The notes beneath the pieces were generated by a model. The model did not search any database. It saw only the letters and a program-made list of their open reading frames with translations, and was not told the DNA's origin. A DNA stretch of 64,000 nt from Acidobacteriota bacterium (lineage in GTDB: Bacteria > Acidobacteriota > Vicinamibacteria > Vicinamibacterales > CAVVIG01), in NCBI GenBank assembly GCA_025463215.1, contig JAOBWF010000296.1, forward strand, positions 14,098 to 78,097. The letters run 5' to 3'. Shown here one piece after another: positions 38,883 through 51,875 of this stretch. Each line of letters opens with the position of its first letter. The stretch's first letter is position 1. The translations under genes and the position numbers were made by a program.

Positions 38883-39151
38883 GGCTCTGTTTTCAGGTAC
38901 ACGTCAACCTAGCGCGGTAGCCGATGTTCTGGAATCGCCTGCACGATCGAGCGTACGACGCCGCGTGCGTCGGTCTTCCGGGCGACTTGCAGCCGCGTCC
39001 AGCGCACTCGCTGCGGAAATTGTGGAGCGTCCTCGATGCTTCCAATCACCCGCGTGGCAGGACGGTCGGAAGGCACTGTTCTACCCCTACGGAACAACGC
39101 GTGTCCACACTCTCGTTGAACGGGACTGACGGGAGCATCATTACGCCACCC

Positions 39152-39847
39152 ATGCCACTCCATCGAGCCGAAGAGGACCGCGTCACGACCCCGTGCCTGG
39201 TCGGTCTGACGGTGGTGACCGGGATCATTGACGCCGTCAGCTTTCTTGGTCTCGGCCACATCTTCACGGCGAACATGACCGGCAACGTCGTGTTCCTCGG
39301 CTTCGCTCTCGGTGGAGGCACAGGAGTGTCGCCACTGCGTTCGATCACCGCGCTTGGCGCCTTCGCATGTGGTGGCGTTCTCGGCGGGCGCATCAACACT
39401 CGCGAGCTTGCCGCAGGTCCTTCGCTGCTCGCGGCGATGTGTGTCGAGAGCCTGTTGTTGGGTGTTGCGGCGGCATCGACGATGGTGCCTGGGTTTGGCG
39501 CGTCCTCCGGCGCCTACGCCGTGATTGTACTGACGGCTGTCGCAATGGGCTTGCGCAACGCGGTGGTTCGAAAACTCGGCGTCCCCGATCTGACGACTAC
39601 CGTTCTCACGATGACGGTTACCGGACTGGCGGCCGACTCGCGACTCGCGAGAGGTCATGGAGTTCGACGAGCGACGCGCGTGCTCTCGATCATTGCGATG
39701 GGGATTGGAGCGGCATCCGGAGCCGTGCTGCTTCGAAGGTCTGGCCTGTCAGTGGCGATTGGCGTCGCCGCACTCGCGGTTGCAGGGCTGTCGTTATTTT
39801 TGTATGTAAGACTTCGCCAGACGAATGGCGAACGGATACAGGATTAG
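39152..39847 (+). CDS. YoaK/DUF1275 family membrane protein
   Basis: GIIDAVSFL..FTANMTGNVVFLG, AMGLRNA, TTTVLT. Confidence 0.88.
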   Translation: MPLHRAEEDRVTTPCLVGLTVVTGIIDAVSFLGLGHIFTANMTGNVVFLGFALGGGTGVSPLRSITALGAFACGGVLGGRINTRELAAGPSLLAAMCVESLLLGVAAASTMVPGFGASSGAYAVIVLTAVAMGLRNAVVRKLGVPDLTTTVLTMTVTGLAADSRLARGHGVRRATRVLSIIAMGIGAASGAVLLRRSGLSVAIGVAALAVAGLSLFLYVRLRQTNGERIQD

Positions 39848-40006
39848 GACCGGCTTTGTGGAGACGCGCTACCGCCAGCAGTAGCGTTCGCGCATCGTCT
39901 CCGGTGACGAAAGACTGAACGATCGTCCCGACTGAGCGGCGGGACCAGAATTGTGCAAGACATCCGAATACTGACGTTTTAGGATCGCAGATAAGAAGGA
40001 CACCGT

Positions 40007-40939
40007 ATGCGAGCAGTGACCATTACCAGACCGGGTGGGCCTGAGGTGCTCGCCGTTATGGACCACCCGGTGCGAGCCGCTGGAACGGGCGAGGTTCGAA
40101 TCGCCGTCAGGGCGGCGGCGGTCAATCCGACCGATATCTTGATGCGCAAGAACCCAGAGGTGTACGCGAAGGGTTCGCCGGGCATTCCGGGGATGGATGC
40201 AGCCGGCGTCATCGAATCGATCGGCGAGGGTGTACAGCGATTGAAGGTCGGTGACGAGGTGATGGCCGTCGCGACACCGCGGCGGCCAGAGGGAGGAGCG
40301 CAGATCGAGCTGCTGGTGGTGCCGGCGGCATCGGTGGTGCCGATCCCGCGCGGGGCGACGCTGGGGCAAGCGTCCACGTTGCCGATGAACGGGTTGACGG
40401 CGCGGCTCGCGCTCGACCTGATCAACTTGTCGGCCGGGCAGACGCTCGCGGTCAGCGGCGGGGCGGGGCTGCTGGCGCACTACATGATCGTGTTGGCGAA
40501 GCAGCGGGCGTTGCGCGTCATCGGGGACGCCAAGCCGTCCGAGACCGAGCTCGTGCGGAGCTACGGCGCCGACGTCGTGGTCACACGGGGCGACCGGTTC
40601 TGCAGTGAGGTGCGCGCCGAGGTGCCCGATGGCGTGGACGCGCTGTTCGACACGGCCCTGCTTGGTCGCGACTCGTTTTCGGCGATCCGCGACGGCGGCG
40701 CGTACGTTCCGGTGCGAGGCTGGGACGACAGTCCATCCGAGCGCGATATCCGCATCCGGCCGGTCATGGTGATGGAAGCACTCGCGCGTACCGACTGGCT
40801 GAACGAACTGCGCGACCTCGCCTCCAGCGGTGCCATCACGCTGCGTGTCGCCGCCGAGTACCCGCCGGAGCGTGCCGCCGACGCCCACCGCGCCATGGAG
40901 GCCGGCGGCCTGCGCGGCCGCGGCATCATCGTCTTTTAG
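40007..40939 (+). CDS. NADPH:quinone oxidoreductase-like MDR protein
   Basis: GGPEVL, AAAVNPTD, PGMDAAGVI, PMNGLTA. Confidence 0.9.
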   Translation: MRAVTITRPGGPEVLAVMDHPVRAAGTGEVRIAVRAAAVNPTDILMRKNPEVYAKGSPGIPGMDAAGVIESIGEGVQRLKVGDEVMAVATPRRPEGGAQIELLVVPAASVVPIPRGATLGQASTLPMNGLTARLALDLINLSAGQTLAVSGGAGLLAHYMIVLAKQRALRVIGDAKPSETELVRSYGADVVVTRGDRFCSEVRAEVPDGVDALFDTALLGRDSFSAIRDGGAYVPVRGWDDSPSERDIRIRPVMVMEALARTDWLNELRDLASSGAITLRVAAEYPPERAADAHRAMEAGGLRGRGIIVF

Positions 40940-41080
40940 GGCTTCTGATGACCACCTCGGGATTTCGTTGCACACGCCAAGTGACGCTGGCGGCGGTCGT
41001 GATCACGATCAAGCGTCCGCGCCCGATCGGCATACAGCGATTGCCAATCACCCCGGGCAAGTTGTTATGACGGTGCTCTG

Positions 41081-41848
41081 ATGGCTCGCATTTTCATCAC
41101 CGGCAGCACGGACGGTCTAGGCCGCGCCGCAGCGAAGGCGCTCATAGACGAGGGCCATCACGTCGCTCTGCACGCGCGATCTCGTGAGCGCGCCTTGGCG
41201 GTCGATGATCTCGCGTCACGATCGGCTGGCGTGGTCATCGGCGACCTAAGCAGCGCTGTCGAGACCCGAAGCGTCGCGGACCAGGTGAACGCGATCGGAC
41301 GGATGGATGCGGTCATCCACAACGCCGGAATATCTTCGACAACCGGCCGCTCAGCGACGCCGGAAGGCCATGCGACCATCTTCGCCGTCAACACCCTCGC
41401 GCCCTACATCCTCACGGCTCTGATCGACCGTCCGCGGCGATTGGTGTACCTCAGTAGCAGCATGCATCGTGGCGGCGCCGGCTCGTTGCGCGACATCGAT
41501 TGGATCGAGCGGCGCTGGGACTCGACCCGAGCCTATTCAGAGAGCAAGCTGTACGTCACAGCACTGGCGTACGCGGTCGCCCGGCGGTGGCCGGATGTTG
41601 TGAGCAATGCCGTCGATCCGGGCTGGGTCGCGACGAAAATGGGCGGCGCGGGAGCGCCAGACGATTTCGAGATGGGGTATCTCACGCAGACCTGGCTTGC
41701 GGTCAGTGATGATCCCACCGCGATCGTCAGTGGCCGATACTGGCATCATCGTCGACCGCAGGTTCCGGCCGGGGAAGTGTCTGATGGCCGCTTTCAAGAT
41801 GGACTCTCGGCCACGCTCGCCGAATTGACCGGCGTGACGCTCTTCTGA
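41081..41848 (+). CDS. SDR family oxidoreductase
   Basis: ITGSTDGLG, HNAG, YSESK. Confidence 0.92.
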   Translation: MARIFITGSTDGLGRAAAKALIDEGHHVALHARSRERALAVDDLASRSAGVVIGDLSSAVETRSVADQVNAIGRMDAVIHNAGISSTTGRSATPEGHATIFAVNTLAPYILTALIDRPRRLVYLSSSMHRGGAGSLRDIDWIERRWDSTRAYSESKLYVTALAYAVARRWPDVVSNAVDPGWVATKMGGAGAPDDFEMGYLTQTWLAVSDDPTAIVSGRYWHHRRPQVPAGEVSDGRFQDGLSATLAELTGVTLF

Positions 41849-42871
<1,023 letters not shown>

Positions 42872-43371
42872 GCGCCGCCGACGATCGATGTCGTCTCGTA
42901 CCGACGAACATCGGAGCCTTATGTGGCGGGAACTCGTTGGATCGATGATGTGCGAGCGCGCCTGAATCCTACCGGCGGAAACGTCGTGTAGGACGTCGAA
43001 GTGTCTTTGGTCACTTACGCCGATCGCCCCTCCCGGGTCGTGAAAGCGTGGGGGCAGCCCCGTCGGCAACCGCATCGACGATGCCGCGGCAATGCCGCCC
43101 GCTTCAGCGTCGCGAAGCTGCGTGCTTCCTGCGGCCCCGCCCGCCAACACGATTGCGGCGCACACCAACACCGCACGGCGGAATCCTTCTGTCGAGATGA
43201 CCTCCATGCTCCAGGCGTCGCGATCGAACCGAGCGCTGCGACGCCGATCAGGCCGGCGGCACGGACCACCCTATGGTTGGTCGGGACGTGCGTCGGCGCG
43301 TGCGCTCATGACATCGAAGAAACGGTTGTTGACGATTGATGGCCGCCGCTGGCGTTGGGTATCTCTCGCCG

Positions 43372-44541
43372 TCACGTCGCCTGTGCGCTGGCAGGTATCG
43401 GTAATCTCAGGTCAAAAGAAAACGTCGATCCCTGTCCGGGAACACTTTCTACCTGCACGCTGCTCCCGTACAGTCCGAGCAGCCGTCGTGTGATCGTCAG
43501 CCCGAGACCGCTTCCGCCGAAGCGCAGCGCCGTCTCGTAGCTCGCCTGCGTGAACTCGTTGAAGATGCGATCGACCACGTCCGGCGCGATGCCGATGCCC
43601 GTGTCCGATACGGCAAATGCGAGGGTCACACCGTCGGTGCCCAGTTGCTTCGTCCGGACCGTTAACGTGACCTCTCCTGCGGACGTGAATTTCACGGCAT
43701 TTCCGACAAGATTGGTCAGGATCTGCCGAAGCGCCACTGGATCGCCACTCAGCGAGGGCGGAACGCTGTCCGCGATTGACGAACGGATCGTCAGGCCCTT
43801 CTCGCGGACGGCAGCCTCGAACGTCGACATCACATCGTCAACGACGGCCTCGAGAGAGAATGGCGTCTCCACCAGCGCGAACGAGCTCGATTCCGCTTTG
43901 CTCAGGTCGAGCACGTGGTTCAGCAGATTCAGCATGTTCTCCGACGACGATTTGAGCAGTCGCACGAGGCGGCGCTGCGGCTCCGCCAGGTCGCTGCGAT
44001 CAAGCATCTGCGCGACGCCCATCAGCGCGTTCAGCGGGTTGCGGATGTCATGACTGAGCATCGCCAGGAGGTCTGCCTTGTCTTTCGCGACTTGCTCGGC
44101 TTTGCGCCGTGCCAGCAGCAGCTCTCGTTCATACCTGCGCCGATCGGTCGAATCGAACAGCGTGATTCGGTTGAACAGCGGCGTGCCGTCGGGGTCGCGC
44201 TTCTCGCGTGAATTCGCCAGAACGGGAAGGATGCGCCCATCATCGCGGACAACCTCGAGCGCGATCTCATTCACGGCACCCTGCATTCGCAGCAGCGGCG
44301 CATAGTGGGTTTCGTAGTAGATGCGCGAACCGACGGTGAGCAAGGTTTGAAATTTTCTGCCGGCCAGCAACGTCTCGCGTGACGCCCCCGCCCACTCGAT
44401 GAACGTGTGGTTCGCCCTGACGATGGTGCCGTCTGGCAGCGTCGAGAGGTACCCACAAGGGGCGTGCTCGTACAGGTCCTCGGCGCTCTCCTCGAGGAGC
44501 GCCTCGTCGACGCGCGAGCGGAATTCATCACGGGAAGTCAC
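43372..44541 (-). CDS. PAS-domain sensor histidine kinase (RsbP-like PAS)
   Basis: EDLYEHAPCGYLST..SRIYYETH PAS; LSHDIRNPL, NAVKFT, GGSGLGL; GTG overlaps the rsbQ stop. Confidence 0.9.
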   Translation of the reverse strand: MTSRDEFRSRVDEALLEESAEDLYEHAPCGYLSTLPDGTIVRANHTFIEWAGASRETLLAGRKFQTLLTVGSRIYYETHYAPLLRMQGAVNEIALEVVRDDGRILPVLANSREKRDPDGTPLFNRITLFDSTDRRRYERELLLARRKAEQVAKDKADLLAMLSHDIRNPLNALMGVAQMLDRSDLAEPQRRLVRLLKSSSENMLNLLNHVLDLSKAESSSFALVETPFSLEAVVDDVMSTFEAAVREKGLTIRSSIADSVPPSLSGDPVALRQILTNLVGNAVKFTSAGEVTLTVRTKQLGTDGVTLAFAVSDTGIGIAPDVVDRIFNEFTQASYETALRFGGSGLGLTITRRLLGLYGSSVQVESVPGQGSTFSFDLRLPIPASAQAT

Positions 44542-45362
44542 GTGAGTGAATCGATGAAACCTCTAATCGCATCGACCGTCTCGTCGGGGGCGCTCAGGTT
44601 CGGACAATGACCCGTGGCTTTCATGACCACGAGTTGACTGCCGGGGATGTGACGACAGACGTATTCACCGACGCCGTGGGGAGCGATCACATCGTCCGAG
44701 CACTGCAGAATCAAGGCGGGCGTCCGGACTGCGCCGAGGTCCTGCCGGTTGTCTGAGAAGAAGGTCACGCGTGCGAAGTGCGCCGCAATGTCGGGGTCGG
44801 TGCGGCAGAAGCTGTTGGTCAGCTCCTGGCCCAGCTCGGGACGCTCCGCGTTGCCCATGATCACGGGGGCCATCGAGCTCGACCACCCGAGGTAGTTGCT
44901 GTCAAGCGAACTCAGCAGTCCTTCGATGTCCTGTCGTGAGAATCCGCCGACGTAATCGTCGTCGTCGATGTATCGCGGAGAGGGGCCGACGAGGACGAGC
45001 GCCTGGAAACGATCCGGTTCCCTGTTCGCGGCGAGCACGCCGATCATGGCGCTGACCGAGTGTCCGACGAAAATGACATCAGAGAGCTGCAAGTCGCGAC
45101 AGATCTCGAGGACGTCGGTTGCATACCCGTCGAGCGTCGCGTATTTCTTTCGATCATAGGCGGACGCGTCGGATTGCCCCGCCCCGACATGGTCGAACAG
45201 CACGACGCGATGAGAGTCCTCGAAGGCGGGGACGACCAGACGCCACATGTTCTGATCGCACCCGAATCCGTGGGCGAAGAGCATCGGCGGGTGCCCGTGC
45301 CCAGAGACCCGAACGTTGTTGCGGCGGATGACATCCGGGCGTGCCGAGAAAGACCGAGACAC
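44538..45362 (-). CDS. rsbQ: RsbQ-like (KAI2/D14 family) alpha/beta hydrolase
   Basis: RNNV, AHGFGCDQNMW, GHSVSAMIG, PSPRY, GHCPNLSAP. Confidence 0.9.
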   Translation of the reverse strand: MSRSFSARPDVIRRNNVRVSGHGHPPMLFAHGFGCDQNMWRLVVPAFEDSHRVVLFDHVGAGQSDASAYDRKKYATLDGYATDVLEICRDLQLSDVIFVGHSVSAMIGVLAANREPDRFQALVLVGPSPRYIDDDDYVGGFSRQDIEGLLSSLDSNYLGWSSSMAPVIMGNAERPELGQELTNSFCRTDPDIAAHFARVTFFSDNRQDLGAVRTPALILQCSDDVIAPHGVGEYVCRHIPGSQLVVMKATGHCPNLSAPDETVDAIRGFIDSLT

Positions 45363-45493
45363 TCGCTCGATTTTGAACGAGCTTCCACACGGATGCAACG
45401 GAGTTCGCCGCCAACAAGAACCTCAGCTAAAGGCGAGCTCTAGCAGGTGATGACGGTACGGGTGTCTAACTTCCCGCGCCGAGGCGGCTTCGT

Positions 45494-46183
45494 TTACTTG
45501 CGCGTTGCCGGGGCGGCGGCGCCGTCGGAGCCGCTGTCCGTTGCGGACCCTCGCTTCGGCCGTCGGACGGTCCTCACCGTGCGGCTCTTTCCTCCGCCGC
45601 AGAAGAACTGCTCCCCGCCATCGGACTCGAGCCCGGACACGCCCATCCCGGCCGGCATCTCCAGCCGCTCCATGACCTCTCCCGTTTGCGGATCCACCCG
45701 CCTCAACTCGCTTTGATCGCCTTCCCAGGTGCCGTGCCAGAGCTCGCCGTCGACCCACGTCACGCCGGTGACGAAGCGGTTCGACTCGATCGTGCGGAGA
45801 ATCGTCCCTCTCTCAGGATCGATCTGATGAATCTTGCGGCCCCGATGATGCCCGACCCAGAGCGTCCCTTCGGCCCACGTGAGACCCGAATCGCCGCCGC
45901 CGCCTGGCGCCGGAATCGTGGCGACGACACGGCCGCTCTTCGGATCGATCTTCTGGATGCGATCCTCGGCGAGCTGAAACAGGTGCCGGCCGTCGAACGC
46001 CGTGCCGGCATGCGCGGCGACATCGATCGAGCGCTGCGTCTCTCCACTCGCAGGATCGAAGCCGTTCAGCTTGTCTCCGGCAGCGAACCAGACGTGCTGA
46101 CCGTCATAGGTGACCCCATTCACGCTGTCGACATCAGGAAACGGTCCATATTCACGGACGATCTCGGCGCGTGATCGATGCAT
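45494..46183 (-). CDS. glutamine cyclotransferase-like beta-propeller protein
   Basis: AEIVREYGPF, GVTYDGQHVWFA, SNRFVTGVTWVDGELWH. Confidence 0.8.
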   Translation of the reverse strand: MHRSRAEIVREYGPFPDVDSVNGVTYDGQHVWFAAGDKLNGFDPASGETQRSIDVAAHAGTAFDGRHLFQLAEDRIQKIDPKSGRVVATIPAPGGGGDSGLTWAEGTLWVGHHRGRKIHQIDPERGTILRTIESNRFVTGVTWVDGELWHGTWEGDQSELRRVDPQTGEVMERLEMPAGMGVSGLESDGGEQFFCGGGKSRTVRTVRRPKRGSATDSGSDGAAAPATRK

Positions 46184-46192
46184 GCTTCCACC

Positions 46193-47419
46193 TTAGTCAA
46201 TCGGGAGGACAGTTGGGAGTAACAAGGTCGTCGTGAAACCGGGCACGGGCGGGGTCATCCACCGACGCGCTCGCCCGCGACCGAACGACTGCACGCGGGC
46301 GCCTGCCGCCAGCGAGTCGAGTGCCCGCTGCACGGTCCGCTGGCTCGTGCCGAGGGCGAGGGCCAGCGCCGAACTCGACCACGACTCGCCGTCGGCCAGG
46401 AACGCGAGCACGGCCGCATGCGCCTCGTCGATGTCGACCGGCCACGCCAGCACGACGACCTCGCGCGTGCGGCGCGGCGCCAGCGCAAACCCTCGCTTCG
46501 TCGCGGTCACGTCGGCCAGCGTCCGCAGCACCGTACGAAGCCGCCCGACTTCGACCCGCAACCGCGCGCGATGCGATTCGTCGGCGCGCTTCGCGCCGAA
46601 GGCGCGCGCAACGAGCGTGTCCCGCGGTACGTCTCCCGGCCACGCCTCGGCCAGGACACGGGCCAGCGTGAACAACACCGGGCGGGTGGCGAGCGAGACG
46701 AGCGTGCGGGCGTCGCGCACGACCCGGCGGCACGCGTCCACGACGAATGCGTTCGACGCCAGCAACCGTTCGACGTCCTCGAGCTGGACGAGCTGCTCGC
46801 GGCCGCTCGCGATCAGGCGCGCAGCGGGCCTGTTCAGCACGAGGATCGCGCTGTCGACTTCCGCGGTCAGCGCGGGGATACCGGCGTCGCGCGCGGCGCG
46901 CCCGGCGCGAGCGAGCGCCGCGCGCGCCGCCTTCGTCCGCAACCGCCGAATCGCGATACCAGCGACCACCAACTCGTGGGCGGTCCTCGACGCGGGCGGG
47001 AAGGGCTCCGGATCGACGTTGGCGAGCGTGCGCTCGGCCTCGTCGAGGCGCCCGATCAGGACGAGGCGCCGGACCTCGAGATAGCGCGCATGCGCGGCAT
47101 TCACCCTGTCGCCGTGTTCTTCGAGCGTCGCCCGCGCTGCGTCGAGCGTCTTCGCCGGCCAGCTCAGGTCGCGCGAGACGAGCGCGATCTCGGCCTCGGC
47201 GACGATGCACCGGGCGCGCGCCACCGCCTCCTTGGGACCAAAGGCACGCGCGGCCCGTCGCAAGAGCGCCTTCGCTCGGACAAGATCGCCGAGCTGCGCC
47301 ATCGCGATGCCACGCAGCGCGAGAGCGGGCGCGTCGTCGCGCAGGGCGATGCGCTTCAGTGCGCCGAGGGGATCACCCGCTGCGAGCGCACGCGCCGCGG
47401 CCGTGATTAACGAGTCCAT
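46193..47419 (-). CDS. TPR-like / helix-turn-helix regulator
   Basis: MDSLITAAARALAAGDPLGAL.., C-terminal WSSSALALALGTSQRTVQRAL HTH. Confidence 0.8.
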   Translation of the reverse strand: MDSLITAAARALAAGDPLGALKRIALRDDAPALALRGIAMAQLGDLVRAKALLRRAARAFGPKEAVARARCIVAEAEIALVSRDLSWPAKTLDAARATLEEHGDRVNAAHARYLEVRRLVLIGRLDEAERTLANVDPEPFPPASRTAHELVVAGIAIRRLRTKAARAALARAGRAARDAGIPALTAEVDSAILVLNRPAARLIASGREQLVQLEDVERLLASNAFVVDACRRVVRDARTLVSLATRPVLFTLARVLAEAWPGDVPRDTLVARAFGAKRADESHRARLRVEVGRLRTVLRTLADVTATKRGFALAPRRTREVVVLAWPVDIDEAHAAVLAFLADGESWSSSALALALGTSQRTVQRALDSLAAGARVQSFGRGRARRWMTPPVPGFTTTLLLPTVLPID

Positions 47420-47564
47420 CGGAATCCCGCCACACTTGTCACTCCCACCCGTTCATTGTCAGGCGCTAAATCTATCTCATGACCAACAACCACGGCGGCC
47501 GCGCAGGACGCGACTGCCCCTGCGACCGACGCTGGCAACGCCCGCACACAAGGAGACACGATCG

Positions 47565-48350
47565 ATGACGAAGCACACGACCGGAACACGTGACGAATGG
47601 CTTGCCGCGCGGCTCGAGCTGCTCGATGCAGAAAAGGACCTCACGCGGCGCAGCGACGCGCTGGCGCGCCGGCGGCAGGATCTGCCCTGGGTTCGGATTG
47701 ACAACGAGTATCGATTCGAGACCGACCGGGGAAGCGCCTCGCTGCCGGATCTCTTCGCAGGGCGCTCGCAGCTCCTCGTCTACCACTTCATGTTCGGGCC
47801 GGACTACACGGCGGGGTGTCCGTCCTGCTCGGCAATCGCCGACGGTTTCAACGGCTCTGTGGTTCACCTGGCGAACCACGACGTCGCCTTCGCCGCGGTG
47901 TCGCGAGCGCCCTTCCCGAAGCTGCAGGCGTACAAACAGCGGATGGGATGGACGTTCCCGTGGGCGTCGTCGTTCGACAAGGATTTCAACTTCGATTTCC
48001 ACGTCTCGCTGACGGAGCAGCAACAGCGCGACGGCACGGTCGAATACAACTACCGCCGCGAGGCCGCGTGGACCCTGCGTGGGATCGGCGACGCCTTGAC
48101 GAAAGGGGGCGAGGGGCCTGTCGCCGAGATCGCCGCGATGACCGGCACCGACGTGCCCACCTACACGCGCGAGAGGCCGGGCATGAGCGCGTTCGCGCTC
48201 GAGGACGGCGTCGTCTACCACACGTATTCCACATATGCGCGCGGAGTGGACGGCCTTTGGGGGATGTACCAGTGGCTTGATCGCGCACCCAAGGGCCGAA
48301 ATGAGGCGGGCGTCTGGTGGCGCCGGCACGACGAGTACAACAAAGGCTGA
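47565..48350 (+). CDS. DUF899 thioredoxin-like protein
   Basis: LFAGRSQLLVYHFMFGP..GCPSCS, WLDRAPKGRNE; RBS AAGGAG. Confidence 0.9.
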   Translation: MTKHTTGTRDEWLAARLELLDAEKDLTRRSDALARRRQDLPWVRIDNEYRFETDRGSASLPDLFAGRSQLLVYHFMFGPDYTAGCPSCSAIADGFNGSVVHLANHDVAFAAVSRAPFPKLQAYKQRMGWTFPWASSFDKDFNFDFHVSLTEQQQRDGTVEYNYRREAAWTLRGIGDALTKGGEGPVAEIAAMTGTDVPTYTRERPGMSAFALEDGVVYHTYSTYARGVDGLWGMYQWLDRAPKGRNEAGVWWRRHDEYNKG

Positions 48351-48360
48351 GCACTTCGTC

Positions 48361-49152
48361 ATGGCTTCCGAGCGAGCGTCCAAGCACGCCTTCTGCGCGG
48401 TTTCAGCGCTGCTCTTCGCCGCCAGCGCGGCGCTGACGACACTCTGGTGCGCGTCCATGTCCGCGATGGGCGGGATGCCGATGCCTGACGGCTGGACGAT
48501 GTCGATGGTGTGGATGCGGATGCCCGGCCAGACATGGCCGGGCGCCGCCGCGTCGTTCCTCGCCATGTGGGTCGCGATGATGGTGGCGATGATGCTGCCC
48601 TCGCTGGCGCCGATCCTATGGCGCTACCACCAGGCCGTCGGCACGAGAGGCGTGACGCACGGCGGTCGGCTGACCACGCTCGTGGGCGTGGGTTACTTCT
48701 TCGTCTGGACGATCGTCGGAATGGCCGCGTTTCCGGTGGGCGTCGCGCTAGCGGCGGTCGAGATGCACGAGCCGGCGATGGCGCGCGCCGTTCCGGTCGC
48801 GATCGGCGTCGTCGTCCTGATCGCCGGCGCGCTCCAGTTCACCGCCTGGAAGGCGCGTCATCTTGCCTGCTGGCGGCAGGCGCCCGGGCGGGGCCATACG
48901 TTGTCTGCCGACCCGGGCGCGGCCTGGCGACACGGCGTGCGCCTCGGCCTGCTGTGCACCTACTCCTGTGCCGGCCTGACCGCGATCCTCATGGCCTTCG
49001 GGGTCATGGACCTTCGCGCGATGGCCGGCGTGACCGCAGCGATCACCATCGAGCGTCACGCACCTGCCGGTGAGCGCGTCGCGCGAGCCATCGGGGCCGC
49101 CGCGGTGGCGGCAGGGTTGCTTCTGGTCGCGCGTTCAACGGGACTCGGATGA
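48361..49152 (+). CDS. DUF2182 predicted metal-binding membrane protein
   Basis: Met-rich N-terminus, MWVAMMVAMMLPS, QFTAWK. Confidence 0.88.
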   Translation: MASERASKHAFCAVSALLFAASAALTTLWCASMSAMGGMPMPDGWTMSMVWMRMPGQTWPGAAASFLAMWVAMMVAMMLPSLAPILWRYHQAVGTRGVTHGGRLTTLVGVGYFFVWTIVGMAAFPVGVALAAVEMHEPAMARAVPVAIGVVVLIAGALQFTAWKARHLACWRQAPGRGHTLSADPGAAWRHGVRLGLLCTYSCAGLTAILMAFGVMDLRAMAGVTAAITIERHAPAGERVARAIGAAAVAAGLLLVARSTGLG

Positions 49153-49403
49153 CGCGTCTTCACCGCCCACCTGAACTTCGCGGACGTGGCGGCTTGGGAC
49201 TCCAGCGCGCCGATACGCTCCACGCGGTCACCCGCCGCCGCACATCCAGAGCAAGGCCGTCGCGTACACGATTGCGCATCGTTGAGCAGTCAGCCGGACG
49301 ACGCGGCCTGCGTGCGGCGCCAGTCGCGCCCGCAATGCGGCACGGTGGTTGCCTCCACTTGCCGAGAGACGAAGTTGGCGCAACGACCCGAGGCAAGAGT
49401 GAC

Positions 49404-50402
49404 ATGGACCACTACAGGCCGCCCTTCACGTTCGGTATCGGCGGCGTGCCGTTAGGGAATGAGTTCTCGGTGGTCACCGATGACGATGCGAACGCGATTT
49501 TCAAAGCGGCCTGGTCTGCCGGCGTTCGATACTTCGATGTGGCTCCGTGGTACGGACTCGGTCTGGCAGAGCGCCGGTTCGGCTCCTTTCTCCACGACAA
49601 GAAACGAACCGACTACGTCCTCTCATCGAAGGTGGGCAAGCTGCTCAAAGCGTCGAAGACCGCACACAATCGGGAGCTGTTTCCGTTTTCGCCGTCGCCG
49701 AACGACGTGGTGTTCGACTATACGGGCCCAGGCATCCGGCGTTCGATCGAAGACAGCCTGCAACGATTGGGCGTCGACAGCCTCGACATCGCCTTCGTCC
49801 ACGACCTTTCGCCGGACAATGCGCTGCTGCCGACTCCGTGGGAGGAACAGTTCGCGATTGCGACGAAGGGAGCCTTCCCGGAACTGACCCGCATGCGCCA
49901 GGAGGGCATCATCAAAGGGTGGGGGGTCGGAGTCAACACGCCCGAGCCGATCCTGCGACTGCTGGAAGCGGCCGATCCGGATGTGTGCCTCCTTGCGTCA
50001 CAGTATTCCTTGATCGATCACAAGAATGCGCTCGACCATGTGTTCCCGGCGGTACGCAAGAAGAACGTCTCCCTCGTGATCGGTAGTTCGCTCAACGCCG
50101 GATTCATATCCGGCAGCGCGAGGTTCAACTACGGGAAGGACTCCTACAAGATCCCCGGAGCCCTTATCGAGAAGCGCAAGAGGCTGCGTGAGGTCGCGGC
50201 GAACTACGCAGTCGATCTGCGAACGGCCGCCCTGCAGTTTTCTGCCGCGCCCGATGTTGCCGCGGCTCTTGTGGTCGGCGTCAGCACGGAGCGTCAACTC
50301 CTGGAAGACGTCACGTCGATGCAGACGAAGATTCCATCCGAGTTCTGGGCCGAATTGAAGCGCCAGCAGCTGATCGAGGTCGACGCACCGACGCCGGCGT
50401 GA
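49404..50402 (+). CDS. aldo/keto reductase (D-threo-aldose dehydrogenase-like)
   Basis: GGVPLGN, YFDVAPWYGLGLAE, SSKVG, FDYT..SIEDSLQRLG. Confidence 0.9.
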   Translation: MDHYRPPFTFGIGGVPLGNEFSVVTDDDANAIFKAAWSAGVRYFDVAPWYGLGLAERRFGSFLHDKKRTDYVLSSKVGKLLKASKTAHNRELFPFSPSPNDVVFDYTGPGIRRSIEDSLQRLGVDSLDIAFVHDLSPDNALLPTPWEEQFAIATKGAFPELTRMRQEGIIKGWGVGVNTPEPILRLLEAADPDVCLLASQYSLIDHKNALDHVFPAVRKKNVSLVIGSSLNAGFISGSARFNYGKDSYKIPGALIEKRKRLREVAANYAVDLRTAALQFSAAPDVAAALVVGVSTERQLLEDVTSMQTKIPSEFWAELKRQQLIEVDAPTPA

Positions 50403-50465
50403 TCGACAGACAGCGCCCGCTGGCGGCGGCTCGGTCCGGGTCCCGTGGGCATCCCTGGTCATTAC

Positions 50466-51871
<1,406 letters not shown>

Positions 51872-51875
<4 letters not shown>

